This document shows positions 1-8,708 of a DNA stretch of 64,000 nucleotides, piece after piece. A program made the translations under genes and the position numbers. How positions within the stretch are numbered: position 1 is the first letter of the stretch; every line of letters begins with the position of its first letter. The stretch comes from a delta proteobacterium MLS_D (GTDB taxonomy: Bacteria; Desulfobacterota; Syntrophia; Syntrophales; UBA2210): the NCBI GenBank assembly GCA_002030015.1, contig LQBH01000057.1, positions 35,470 to 99,469 of the forward strand. Reading direction: 5' to 3'. Under the pieces are notes generated by a model. That model was not told where the DNA came from. It did no database searches and saw only the letters and a program-made list of their open reading frames with translations.

Positions 1-85
1 CAAGATAAATATCGACATTCCCGCGGGCCCGGATTCTTTTTTCGCCGATCCTTGTCACTTGAACCGCCCTTATTAATAAAACCGT

Positions 86-862
86 TTATTCCCGGAGCAT
101 GATCGCGCTGATCTGTCGACCGGCGCGTCCGCCTTCTGCCCGGTGTGAATAGAACAAATCATCACGGCACGAGGTACACAAGGGAATCGTCACGATATTT
201 TTTGGATCAAGCCCGCTATCCACAAGCTGGCACGTTACGGCTCGCCCGAGATCGAACATGCTCCGCCCGTCCGGACGCCCGGAATCGAACAGTCCGTCCG
301 ACCACGGACGGCCTGACATCGCCCGAATAACTTCCGGGCCCACGTCGTAGCAGCATCGTCCCACGGATGGCCCCACAACCGCGTTTATATCGCCGGGATT
401 CGACAGAAACCGGTCTGCGAAGACGCCGACGGCCTTCCCGGCAATATCGAGAACCGCCCCTTTCCATCCCGCGTGAATTGCACCGATGACCCGCCGACGC
501 GGATCAAACATAAGCAGGGGGACGCAATCGGCCGTCCTGATACCGACAGCAACTTCCGGCCGGTCCGTGACGAGGCCGTCGCCCGTCAACCGGCGGGCGG
601 TATCCGCATCTGTTCCGTCCACCATGAGGATATCATCGCCGTGCACCTGAATTGCCGTTATCACCCGGGAGGACGGCGCTTCCAGAATACCCGCCATCGT
701 TACTGCCCCCGGTGACTCGTTCGCGCCTTCGACATCGCCACCGGTTGGCGGCATGGCGTCCCCGCACCAGCGGGTCCCGAAGGCATGGGCGAGGTCATGA
801 CGGTCATGCCAGATATCCGCTTCGATATAGAGGGCGAGTCCTCGTCTTCGCAATGCAAACAT
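86..862 (-). CDS. pgeF: YfiH/PgeF (DUF152) family protein (purine nucleoside phosphorylase / peptidoglycan editing factor)
   Basis: 258-aa ORF with family-typical blocks AIHAGWKG and CTSCRDDLFYSHRAEGGRAGRQ. It is co-directional with rluD, 10 nt upstream. Confidence 0.8.
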   Translation of the reverse strand: MFALRRRGLALYIEADIWHDRHDLAHAFGTRWCGDAMPPTGGDVEGANESPGAVTMAGILEAPSSRVITAIQVHGDDILMVDGTDADTARRLTGDGLVTDRPEVAVGIRTADCVPLLMFDPRRRVIGAIHAGWKGAVLDIAGKAVGVFADRFLSNPGDINAVVGPSVGRCCYDVGPEVIRAMSGRPWSDGLFDSGRPDGRSMFDLGRAVTCQLVDSGLDPKNIVTIPLCTSCRDDLFYSHRAEGGRAGRQISAIMLRE

Positions 863-872
863 GGTGTGTCCT

Positions 873-1847
873 TCAGCGGCGATCCGCAGCGAGCATGTCG
901 AGCCGTTCCAGAAGCATCGTCATATCGCCGGGCAGCGGCGCCGCAAATTCCATGAATTGCTTACCTGTCGGGTGATACAGACCGAGGGAGGAAGCGTGCA
1001 GGGCCTGCCGATCCAGAATATTCAGAACGGTATGGAGCGATCCGTTTCTGCAGACAGCCCTGCCTCCATATTCCCTGTCGCCCAGCACCGGGTGCCCGAC
1101 GGCGTGCAGGTGGACCCGAATCTGGTGTGTGCGACCCGTTTCGATTCGTACATCCAGCAGCGAGGCGGCGCCTCCGAAATCTTTCAGCACTTTCCACCGG
1201 GTCAGCGCGTAGCGTCCCCGTCCTCCCCCGGCGGACATTTTTTTCCGGTCACCCCGATGGCGCCCGATGGGAGCATCAACGACTCCTTCACCGCCGGGCA
1301 TGGATCCCGCGACGACGGCCGTGTACCGTTTTACCACGAGGCGTTCCTTGAACTGACGGGCGAGGGCCTGATGCGCGGCGTCGTTTTTGGCGATTACCAT
1401 AACGCCCGACGTGTTCTTGTCAAGACGATGAACGATGCCCGGCCGAAGAAACCCGCCGACACCCGACAGGTCACGGCAGTGAAACAGGAGCGCGTTAACA
1501 AGTGTTCCTCTCGTGTTGCCCGCTCCCGGGTGGACCACGATTCCGGGTGGCTTGTCGATTACGATAAGGGCCTCGTCTTCATACAAAACGGCAAGGGGTA
1601 TGTTTTCCGGTTCCATCGCCGGGGGACGCGGCGGTTCATGCCTGAACACGACGTCGTCCCCTGTCCTGAGCACCATGCCCGCCTTGGCGGCGCCTGTGTT
1701 AATGCTCACCATGCCTTCAGCCACCGCCCGCTTGATCTGCGATCTGGTAATTCCGGGATTTTGTTCGGCGAGAAAGACATCAAGCCGCCGGCCGTGATCC
1801 TTCCCGGATACGACGTATCGGTGTTCGAAACCGCCGACGCTGTCCAT
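873..1847 (-). CDS. rluD: RluA/RluD-family 23S rRNA pseudouridine synthase with N-terminal S4 domain
   Basis: 324 aa with an ATG start. Motifs are HRLDKNTSGVMVIAK (catalytic Asp block) and THQIRVHL. Confidence 0.85.
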   Translation of the reverse strand: MDSVGGFEHRYVVSGKDHGRRLDVFLAEQNPGITRSQIKRAVAEGMVSINTGAAKAGMVLRTGDDVVFRHEPPRPPAMEPENIPLAVLYEDEALIVIDKPPGIVVHPGAGNTRGTLVNALLFHCRDLSGVGGFLRPGIVHRLDKNTSGVMVIAKNDAAHQALARQFKERLVVKRYTAVVAGSMPGGEGVVDAPIGRHRGDRKKMSAGGGRGRYALTRWKVLKDFGGAASLLDVRIETGRTHQIRVHLHAVGHPVLGDREYGGRAVCRNGSLHTVLNILDRQALHASSLGLYHPTGKQFMEFAAPLPGDMTMLLERLDMLAADRR

Positions 1848-1873
1848 GGAAACATTCCCCTCACCGGGTCCAC

Positions 1874-3292
1874 TTAAGCCGGTCTTGCTGCCGCAAGGCG
1901 GCGAAACGCCGCCACCACATCGTCTGCATCGCTGTTTTGAAGAGTTCTGGAATCGAGAAGCACCTGGTCATCTGCAATCCTGGCGATCACGGGGGGGTCG
2001 GCGGCGCGAAGACGCCGTTCCAGGGCCTGCGCCGTCAGGTTTCTCGCCGTGACGGCGATAAGGACCGTGGGAATTTCCCGGGTCGGAAGCGCGCCGCCTC
2101 CGGACAGCGAGGCACCATTCACAAGCGTGAACGAAAAACTCTCGCCGACAACCTCATCGAGTCGTCCGAGGAGATTCTCCGCCCTGTCCCGCACCGCATC
2201 AACCGGTTCCGTCATGGCTCGGAGGGCGGGGATGCGCTTCTTCACGTTCGTTGCAAGAAGATAGTTCCTCAGTGTCGCCTCCAGGGCCGCCAGGGTCAAT
2301 TTGTCTATGCGAAGCGCGCGGTTAAGGGGATTTTTCCTGATGGTTTCCACAACGGACCGTCGTCCGAGAATAATACCCGCCTGAGGACCACCAAGCAATT
2401 TGTCTCCGCTGAACGTTACCACGTCGGACCCCCATTGAACGGCGTCCTGTACCGTCGGTTCGTCCCCGATCTCCAGGTCGGTCAGGCAACCGCTCCCCAG
2501 ATCGTGCATGACCGGCACACCACGACGCCTGCCCAGCTCAACCAGGGCTGGTGCCGTAACCTCCTCCGTGAACCCTATGGTCCTGAAATTGCTTGTATGC
2601 ACCTTCAGAATAAGACCGGTTTTCTCCTGATCGACGGCCTCCTCGTAATCGGTAATACGGGTCCGGTTCGTGGTACCCACCTCCCTCAACCGCGCCCCGC
2701 TCTTTTCCATCACCTCGGGAATGCGGAATTCCCCGCCGATCTCGATCAACTCGCCCCGCGACACGACCGCTTCTTTGCCGGCCGACAGGGTGTTGAGAAC
2801 CAGCAGCACGGCAGCCGCGTTATTATTCACCACGATCGACTCTTCCGCTCCCGTGAGCATAGAGAGGAGTTCTCGTACGTGGTCGTAACGAAGTCCACGT
2901 CTGCCTTCATGCAGGTTGAACTCGAGGTTGGAATATCCACGGCTGACTGCAATAATCGCCTGCAAGGCCTCTTCACAAAGCGGCGCCCGTCCGAGATTCG
3001 TGTGCAGAATGATGCCGGTGGCATTGACGACCCGTCGCAGACCAGGGGTTTTGAGCGTGCGAATACGATCAAGGGCGATATCCCGCGCCGTCTCCGGCGT
3101 CGGCTGTTCGAACGTGCCCGCGTCGGCTTCCAGAATTCTTTTTCGCAGGACCTCCACGGCAAAGCGACAGGCATCAACAAGAACCTGCCGGGGCAATTCT
3201 TCCTTGTCGGCAGTGTCTTCCAGGAGAACGAGCACCTGGTCGACGCGGGGAAGCGCCTTCAGGTAATGCCGCCTGGCATCATTCACGTTCAC
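1874..3292 (-). CDS. selA: L-seryl-tRNA(Sec) selenium transferase
   Basis: 472 aa with a SelA-type N-terminus (LKALPRVDQVL) and the PLP-lysine block FSGDKLLGGPQAGII. The start is GTG at 3292, overlapping the upstream gene by 14 nt. Confidence 0.9.
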   Translation of the reverse strand: MNVNDARRHYLKALPRVDQVLVLLEDTADKEELPRQVLVDACRFAVEVLRKRILEADAGTFEQPTPETARDIALDRIRTLKTPGLRRVVNATGIILHTNLGRAPLCEEALQAIIAVSRGYSNLEFNLHEGRRGLRYDHVRELLSMLTGAEESIVVNNNAAAVLLVLNTLSAGKEAVVSRGELIEIGGEFRIPEVMEKSGARLREVGTTNRTRITDYEEAVDQEKTGLILKVHTSNFRTIGFTEEVTAPALVELGRRRGVPVMHDLGSGCLTDLEIGDEPTVQDAVQWGSDVVTFSGDKLLGGPQAGIILGRRSVVETIRKNPLNRALRIDKLTLAALEATLRNYLLATNVKKRIPALRAMTEPVDAVRDRAENLLGRLDEVVGESFSFTLVNGASLSGGGALPTREIPTVLIAVTARNLTAQALERRLRAADPPVIARIADDQVLLDSRTLQNSDADDVVAAFRRLAAARPA

Positions 3293-4541
3293 CTTTCCCC
3301 CCTGTTTCCCCCCGGCAATAATCCCTGAAATTATTAACGGCCGTAAAAAATTCCCGCATCATAATCACCCAGTGATAGCGACCGCGACGTGTCAGCAGGA
3401 GCCGTCCGTCGCGGTAGCGAAGAGACCCGGCCAGAAAAAAAGGCGTGGCGACCGCCGCGAGAGCAATTCCGCCCCGCGGCCCGCGGTTGTCGAGCAACGG
3501 TTTCACGTCGATGCTGCCGCCGAAAAGACGCATAAGAAAATCATACATGACCAGATCGCCCGTTCCGAACGTCCGCGAGGCCATGAGGGGTAACCCGCCC
3601 GCCTCAATCTGTCGTATATATTCCTCTATATCGAAGGTGTTCGCGTAGACCCGTCCCCGCAGGTAACCGATGGAACCGCTCCCGAGACCGGCATATTCAT
3701 TGTACTCGACGATATATTCATCAATCATGGATTTCTTTTTCGAAAAGCACCACGCGGAAGAAAAGTCATAGTGCCCGAGCAGGTGACGAAGAATAATACC
3801 GTAAAAACGTTTTTCCCGACCGAAGTTCACCTCCCCCAACGTACGGGTGACGACCCGTCGCGTCGATTCGGATACCATGAGAGGATACCAGGTTACCTGG
3901 TCCAGTCCCCGCTCCATAATAATGTCGAGATCGCGCTCGAGCATAGCCTCGGTCTGGCCGGGAAAATTGAAGATCATGTCCGCGTTGAGCGTCTCGAAAC
4001 GGCCCATCGCGTTGCTCAGCCGTTCAGCTATTTCCGCGCCTGACCCGTACTTCGCGTATCGTCCCATGTCCCGCAACAGGCCGTCATCGAAACTCTGCAC
4101 ACCCGCTGAGAGGCGGTTGACGCCCGCCGAGACGAGCATGTCGAGCCGGTCGTCGGTCAGGTGATTGGGATTGGTTTCAACGGAAATCTGGGAAATGGAA
4201 AAGTCACGCCGGGCCAGTTCGAGCGTTTCAATCAGCTCATCCATGAGAACCGTGGGCGTGCCGCCACCCACGTAGAGCGCGCTGAAATCGTGGCCCAGCT
4301 CCCGGTACATTGACATTTCCTTTCTCAGCGCGCGAAAGTACCGGCGGCATATTGTCTCCTCGAAAATGACACGGTTGAATGAGCAATAGGGGCAGAGACT
4401 CTCGCAAAAGGGAACGTGGAGATAGAGCAGGCGCTCGCGGCTGCCGTCGCCGGTCTCCGCCGCCGGCGTTTCGCCCTCGTGAAACGCCACGGCGCGCGCG
4501 AATTGCCTGCGCGCAACTTGTGTTATAATGTCGTCAATCAA
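3279..4541 (-). CDS. Radical SAM protein, HemN/HemZ-like (oxygen-independent coproporphyrinogen III oxidase family)
   Basis: 420 aa with the CxxxCxxC motif CESLCPYCSF and a HemN-like C-terminal region. The TTG start at 4541 follows an in-frame TGA and has GGAGG 9 nt upstream. Confidence 0.8.
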   Translation of the reverse strand: MIDDIITQVARRQFARAVAFHEGETPAAETGDGSRERLLYLHVPFCESLCPYCSFNRVIFEETICRRYFRALRKEMSMYRELGHDFSALYVGGGTPTVLMDELIETLELARRDFSISQISVETNPNHLTDDRLDMLVSAGVNRLSAGVQSFDDGLLRDMGRYAKYGSGAEIAERLSNAMGRFETLNADMIFNFPGQTEAMLERDLDIIMERGLDQVTWYPLMVSESTRRVVTRTLGEVNFGREKRFYGIILRHLLGHYDFSSAWCFSKKKSMIDEYIVEYNEYAGLGSGSIGYLRGRVYANTFDIEEYIRQIEAGGLPLMASRTFGTGDLVMYDFLMRLFGGSIDVKPLLDNRGPRGGIALAAVATPFFLAGSLRYRDGRLLLTRRGRYHWVIMMREFFTAVNNFRDYCRGETGGKGERE

Positions 4542-4722
4542 TCAACGTCGCCTCCATCATACGTGTATTAATGACCCGTGAAAAGCGGGACTTTAGCAGA
4601 TATATTTATACGTGACAAGAATGCTTGAAGCCTGATCGTTGAATTCTCGTTCCGAACGTGCTAATGAGTTTTCGAAAGAAATGCGGCATCGTGCGATAAT
4701 TTCTCGGGACGGTACGAAAACT

Positions 4723-5316
4723 ATGGCGACATTGAAACACGCGACATGGACGCTCTGGCGGAACAACAGCGTAAACGGGGAGGAATCAAGGCTGCTGAGG
4801 CGAGTCGCCGATGATGTGCCCATTCCTCTCACGGACGAAGGGCGACGCGACGTGGAAACGTTGATTGACGCTTTTCTCGAAAGGAATGATGCGGCGGGAC
4901 TGGCGGCGCCGCAGATCGGTATGAGCAAGCGAATTGTTGTTTTTAAAACGAGGAACTTCGGAAGCGACGCCCCTCCGACGAGGGACGCCAATGATTACGA
5001 AGTGCTGATCAATCCCCGTATTACCCAATACCGTGGCGTCGAGGAGCAGCAGACCGAAGGATGTCTCTCTTGTCCCGAAATCAGTGCGGACGTTACCCGA
5101 TGGACCGAGGTAAAGGTGAAGGCCTTTGACCGAACGGGGCGCAAGATCAACCGACGTTACACGGGATTCCCGGCCCGCGTGGTCCAGCACGAACTGGATC
5201 ACCTCGAGGGTATACTGATCGTTGATCGGGCCGATACGCTTTATTTCCCCCGGGAGAAAAAACAATTTTTTGAAACAATGTTTCAAATCGGCAGGCGGCC
5301 GACGCCCACGCTGTAA
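4723..5316 (+). CDS. def: Peptide deformylase
   Basis: All three Def motifs are present: GLAAPQIG, EGCLSCP and QHELDHLEG. The ORF track opens at 4639. I prefer the ATG at 4723 (MATLKH...), but the start is uncertain. Confidence 0.85.
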   Translation: MATLKHATWTLWRNNSVNGEESRLLRRVADDVPIPLTDEGRRDVETLIDAFLERNDAAGLAAPQIGMSKRIVVFKTRNFGSDAPPTRDANDYEVLINPRITQYRGVEEQQTEGCLSCPEISADVTRWTEVKVKAFDRTGRKINRRYTGFPARVVQHELDHLEGILIVDRADTLYFPREKKQFFETMFQIGRRPTPTL

Positions 5317-5347
5317 CAACCACTCGAAAGTTCAGGCTGCAAATCAT

Positions 5348-6556
5348 ATGGCCACATATCTTACCACGGATCATCTCGACAAATACGCCGACGTTCTCAT
5401 CTGGGGCTTGACCACGGCCCGCACGCAGCAGTTCAGGGCAGGCGACATCGTATTAATCCGCTTCGACAGTCCCGCCCTTGAGCTGGCCGAAATGCTCTAT
5501 GGAAAACTTATAGACCGGGGCATGCACGTGCTCGTCCGCATGAATCCGACGCCCCGCATGGAGCGGGACTTTTTCGGGAGAGGCCGGAACCGTCAGCTTT
5601 CTTTTCTGCCTCCGGGAGAATCATCGCTCATGGAATCCCTGAACGGCAGTATCTATCTGCACGCACCCGATTCCCTCACGCACCTCCGTGACGTCGATTC
5701 CCGGAAAATCGGCACAGCGCTCGTTGCCCGGAAGGAACTACGAGACATCCTGGTAACACGGGAAGAACAGGGATCGTACGGCTGGACGCTTTGTGTCTAT
5801 CCCACGAAGGAACTCGCACAACAGGCGGGTATGTCGCTGAATCGTTACGCGCGCAGAATCGTCGAGGCCTGTTTTCTCGATAATCCTGATCCCCGTGCCC
5901 GCTGGAACGAGGTATACCGCGAGGCGATGGCCGTGAAGCGCCGTCTTAACCGTCTGGACATCACATCACTCAACATCGAATCGGCGGGAACAGATCTCGT
6001 TGTTACTCCCGGCCGGCAGAGAAAGTGGATTGGTGTATCGGGGCACAATATTCCCAGTTTTGAAATTTTTCTCTCGCCGGACTGGCGTGGAACCAGGGGC
6101 GTCTATTTCGCCGATCAGCCTTCCTTTCGCAGCGGCAACTATGTGCGCGGGGCGCGGCTCGAGTTCGAAAAAGGGCGGGTCCGTTCGGCAACGGCCGAAG
6201 AGGGCGAAGATTTTCTGCAAAAACAGATACGCCTCGACCCCGGCGCCCGCAGAATCGGCGAGTTTTCCTTGACCGACCGGCGTTTCTCGCCCATCGACAC
6301 GTTCATGGCGGACACCCTTTTCGACGAAAATTACGGGGGGCGTTACGGCAACTGCCACATCGCTCTCGGTGCATCCTATTCCGACACCTACGCCGGCAAT
6401 CCCGCCGAGTTAACACGTGAGCGTAAACGGTCGCTCGGGTTCAACGAATCGGCCATCCACTGGGACCTGGTCAATACGGAAAAGAAAATCGTCACGGCCC
6501 GTCTCGCCTCGGGAAAACGTACTATTATTTACGAGGAAGGCACCTTCACCGTGTAG
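5348..6556 (+). CDS. M29-family (AmpS/PepS-type) aminopeptidase
   Basis: Family-like blocks include NCHIALGASY and HWDLV near the C-terminus. The track ORF opens at 5222, overlapping def. The ATG at 5348 (MATYLTTDHLDKYADVLI) gives a normal length of about 402 aa. Confidence 0.75.
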   Translation: MATYLTTDHLDKYADVLIWGLTTARTQQFRAGDIVLIRFDSPALELAEMLYGKLIDRGMHVLVRMNPTPRMERDFFGRGRNRQLSFLPPGESSLMESLNGSIYLHAPDSLTHLRDVDSRKIGTALVARKELRDILVTREEQGSYGWTLCVYPTKELAQQAGMSLNRYARRIVEACFLDNPDPRARWNEVYREAMAVKRRLNRLDITSLNIESAGTDLVVTPGRQRKWIGVSGHNIPSFEIFLSPDWRGTRGVYFADQPSFRSGNYVRGARLEFEKGRVRSATAEEGEDFLQKQIRLDPGARRIGEFSLTDRRFSPIDTFMADTLFDENYGGRYGNCHIALGASYSDTYAGNPAELTRERKRSLGFNESAIHWDLVNTEKKIVTARLASGKRTIIYEEGTFTV

Positions 6557-6681
6557 CGGCGGCTCGACCATGCCGACGATTCCCGCCTTTATGGTACCCA
6601 TGACAGAGGAAGCGTGCGCATGGTCTGAAGCACCCTGCTGTATCCCTGTTCTGACAAATGTTTCTGCGTTACCGGTTTCTA

Positions 6682-6709
6682 TTGACCAACCGGGCTTTCT
6701 TGCTATACT
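6682..6709 (+). promoter_or_regulatory. Candidate sigma-70 promoter (TTGACC-16 nt-TATACT)
   Basis: Hexamers at 6682-6687 and 6704-6709 lie about 180 nt upstream of the PAS-GGDEF gene. This is a pattern match only. Confidence 0.3.
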
Positions 6710-6841
6710 GATATTGATGCCGACGGAAAAAGCCGTCCGGGAACCGACAGCTTGACAGCTCCGTGAGACGCGGCAATCGTAACTTCAGACAAATAACGGA
6801 ACGCCGGCAACGGAAAAACGGCGCCGTAAAAGCGCCGGACC

Positions 6842-6856
6842 AGGCACCTCGTATGC
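6842..6856 (+). promoter_or_regulatory. Candidate sigma-54 promoter (AGGCAC-N5-ATGC, canonical GG-N10-GC spacing)
   Basis: The sequence aGGCACctcgtaTGC lies 34 nt upstream of the ATG at 6890. Both flanking T positions of the consensus are mismatched. Confidence 0.3.
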
Positions 6857-6889
6857 GGATCGGATACCCCGCGGGTACGGAGGAATGTC

Positions 6890-8368
6890 ATGGCACAATC
6901 GAAGGTTGCGCGCGGCGGGAAAAAAAATTTAAGCGAAAACGACAGCTTCTCCGAGCGGCGGAACAGCTTCGGAGGGAGGCGGTCAAGCGACCGGATGCTC
7001 GCCATGATCATGGAAGGGACGTCCATTCCCACCTTCGTGATCGGCAAAGACCACCAAATAGTCTACTGGAACAGGGCCATGGAACGCCTCACGGGCATTG
7101 CCGCCCGACATGTTCTGGCCGGCGATATTCCTCCCTGGAAACCGTTTTATCGTGAAAAGAGGCCCTGCCTGGCAGACCTGCTCGTGAGCGGCGCGTCAGA
7201 CGATAAGACCCGTGTTTACTATACTTCCGGGACAAAAAAACTGCCCGATGCACACGAAAACGGGGCCTGCGAAGCAATAGATTTTTTTCCCGCTCTGGGT
7301 AAAACAGGAACCTGGATGCGCTGCACGGCCGCTCTCTTAAGGGAACCGTCCGGCAATATTTTCGGCGCCGTCGAAACCCTGGAAGACATAACCGATCGCA
7401 TACAGGCGGAAACAGCGCTGAAAAAAAGCGAAGCGCTTCTGATCTCTATCCTGCAGGGATCCCCCATCCCCACGTTCGTCATCGGCACTGATCACCGGAT
7501 CATCTACTGGAACAGGGCGCTTGAGGAATTAAGCCATATCAAGGCGTCGGATGTGAAGGGGACGCAGGATCAGTGGAAAGCTTTTTATGATCACAGTCGT
7601 CCCTGCATGGCCGATATTCTCGTGGATGGACAGGTCGAGAATTTATCAGTCTGGTACAAGGCCAAATACCTAAAATCACAACTAATCGAAGAGGCGTACG
7701 AGGGCACCGATTTTTTCCCCGCCCTGGGGGATCGAGGAAAGTGGCTCCGTTTTACCGCGGCCGTCCTGAGGGACGACCGGGGAGGGCTGCTTGGCGCCCT
7801 GGAAACGCTGGAAGATATAACGGCGCGGGTCGCGGCGGAAGAAGCCCTGAAGGCGAGCGAAAAACGATACCGGCGGCTCAGCATCACCGACGGGCTGACA
7901 AAACTTTTCAACGGTCGTCATTTTTATCATCAGCTCCGCAGTGAAATGGACAGGGCGAACCGCTATCGTCACAATCTGTCCATTCTTTTTCTTGATATCG
8001 ACGACTTCAAGCAATTTAACGACACGTATGGTCATCTGGAGGGAGATGGAGTGCTGATCCGGCTCGCGGAAGTCACCACGCGGTGCCTGCGAAAAACCGA
8101 TTCAGCCTACCGCTTCGGCGGTGAAGAGTTTACGGCATTTCTTCCCGAAACGGACGGTCCGGCCGCTCTCCTCATAGCCGACCGAATCCGGCGCGAATTT
8201 CGAAGGGAACGTTTTTTTCCGCGCGACGGAGATGCTGTGCAGGTTACGGTAAGTATCGGCGTCGCTCAGCTGAATTTCGGTGAAACATTGGAATCCCTGA
8301 TTAAACGAGCCGATTTAAACATGTACCGCGCCAAGAACCTGGGTAAAGACAGGGTTTATTTCGGGTAA
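6890..8368 (+). CDS. Diguanylate cyclase with two tandem PAS-like sensor domains (PAS-PAS-GGDEF)
   Basis: 492 aa with GGAGG 6 nt before the ATG. The active site is GGEEF, with an RxxD I-site (RKTD) 5 residues upstream. The N-terminal half contains two homologous sensor modules of about 147 aa. Confidence 0.85.
   Translation: MAQSKVARGGKKNLSENDSFSERRNSFGGRRSSDRMLAMIMEGTSIPTFVIGKDHQIVYWNRAMERLTGIAARHVLAGDIPPWKPFYREKRPCLADLLVSGASDDKTRVYYTSGTKKLPDAHENGACEAIDFFPALGKTGTWMRCTAALLREPSGNIFGAVETLEDITDRIQAETALKKSEALLISILQGSPIPTFVIGTDHRIIYWNRALEELSHIKASDVKGTQDQWKAFYDHSRPCMADILVDGQVENLSVWYKAKYLKSQLIEEAYEGTDFFPALGDRGKWLRFTAAVLRDDRGGLLGALETLEDITARVAAEEALKASEKRYRRLSITDGLTKLFNGRHFYHQLRSEMDRANRYRHNLSILFLDIDDFKQFNDTYGHLEGDGVLIRLAEVTTRCLRKTDSAYRFGGEEFTAFLPETDGPAALLIADRIRREFRRERFFPRDGDAVQVTVSIGVAQLNFGETLESLIKRADLNMYRAKNLGKDRVYFG
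7025..7906 (+). repeat. Intragenic tandem duplication of a sensor module of about 441 nt (147 aa)
   Basis: Unit 1 begins IPTFVIGKDHQIVYWNRAMERLTGI at 7025. Unit 2 begins IPTFVIGTDHRIIYWNRALEELSHI at 7466. Both continue through RPC(L/M)AD(L/I)LV, FFPALG, W(M/L)R(C/F)TAA and ETLEDIT.R..AE.ALK.SE. Confidence 0.8.
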
Positions 8369-8369
8369 A

Positions 8370-8398
8370 GGCCGGCCGGTCCGATTTCGCCGGCGGCC
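8370..8398. terminator. GC-rich hairpin between convergent genes (possible bidirectional terminator)
   Basis: GGCCG(G)CCGG pairs with CCGGCGGCC around the loop CCGATTTC. It lies between the GGDEF stop (8368) and the cbpM-like stop (8400). There is no clear U-tract. Confidence 0.35.
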
Positions 8399-8399
8399 G

Positions 8400-8705
8400 C
8401 TACAGGCGGTTTCGAAGTTTCGCGGCAAGATCAAGCAGAATATCGTCGAATTGCTTCCTCATATCTATCATCTGTTTGCGCATGTGAAGAATAATATCGA
8501 CCCCGGGAGGATTCACGTCGAATTCCTCCGTAAGGATTTTGGCGATACGCAGCACCTCCATGTCCTCACAGGAATAGATGCGCTCGCTGTCCTCTTCCCG
8601 GCACGAGGGACAGATAATTTCCTCTTCTTCGAGTATCGTGAGAAATGTATTGGATATCTCAAAAATCTCAATGACTTCCGACACTGTCCAGTATTCTTTG
8701 GTCAT
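8400..8705 (-). CDS. MerR_2 / CbpM-like small HTH protein (putative chaperone modulator)
   Basis: 101 aa with a MerR-like N-terminal HTH (YWTVSEVIEIFEISNTFLTILEEEEIICP). It starts 3 nt after the stop of the DnaJ-class gene, as in the cbpA-cbpM arrangement. Confidence 0.6.
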   Translation of the reverse strand: MTKEYWTVSEVIEIFEISNTFLTILEEEEIICPSCREEDSERIYSCEDMEVLRIAKILTEEFDVNPPGVDIILHMRKQMIDMRKQFDDILLDLAAKLRNRL

Positions 8706-8708
8706 GAC

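Noticed and set aside
861-1877. This is a long antisense 'shadow' ORF of 338 aa opposite rluD. Many similar ones occur in the window: 1937-3328, 17322-18350, 19001-19906, 21703-22332, 23675-24739, 36633-37610, 43608-44423, 46099-47010, 47193-47837, 48531-49286, 50468-51286, 57020-57685, 59896-60588 and 61586-62431.
   Set aside because: Each lies opposite or out of frame to a gene with clear family motifs. The products are Arg/Pro/Gly/His-rich with no recognisable domains. Such open frames are expected in high-GC DNA with strong GC3 bias.
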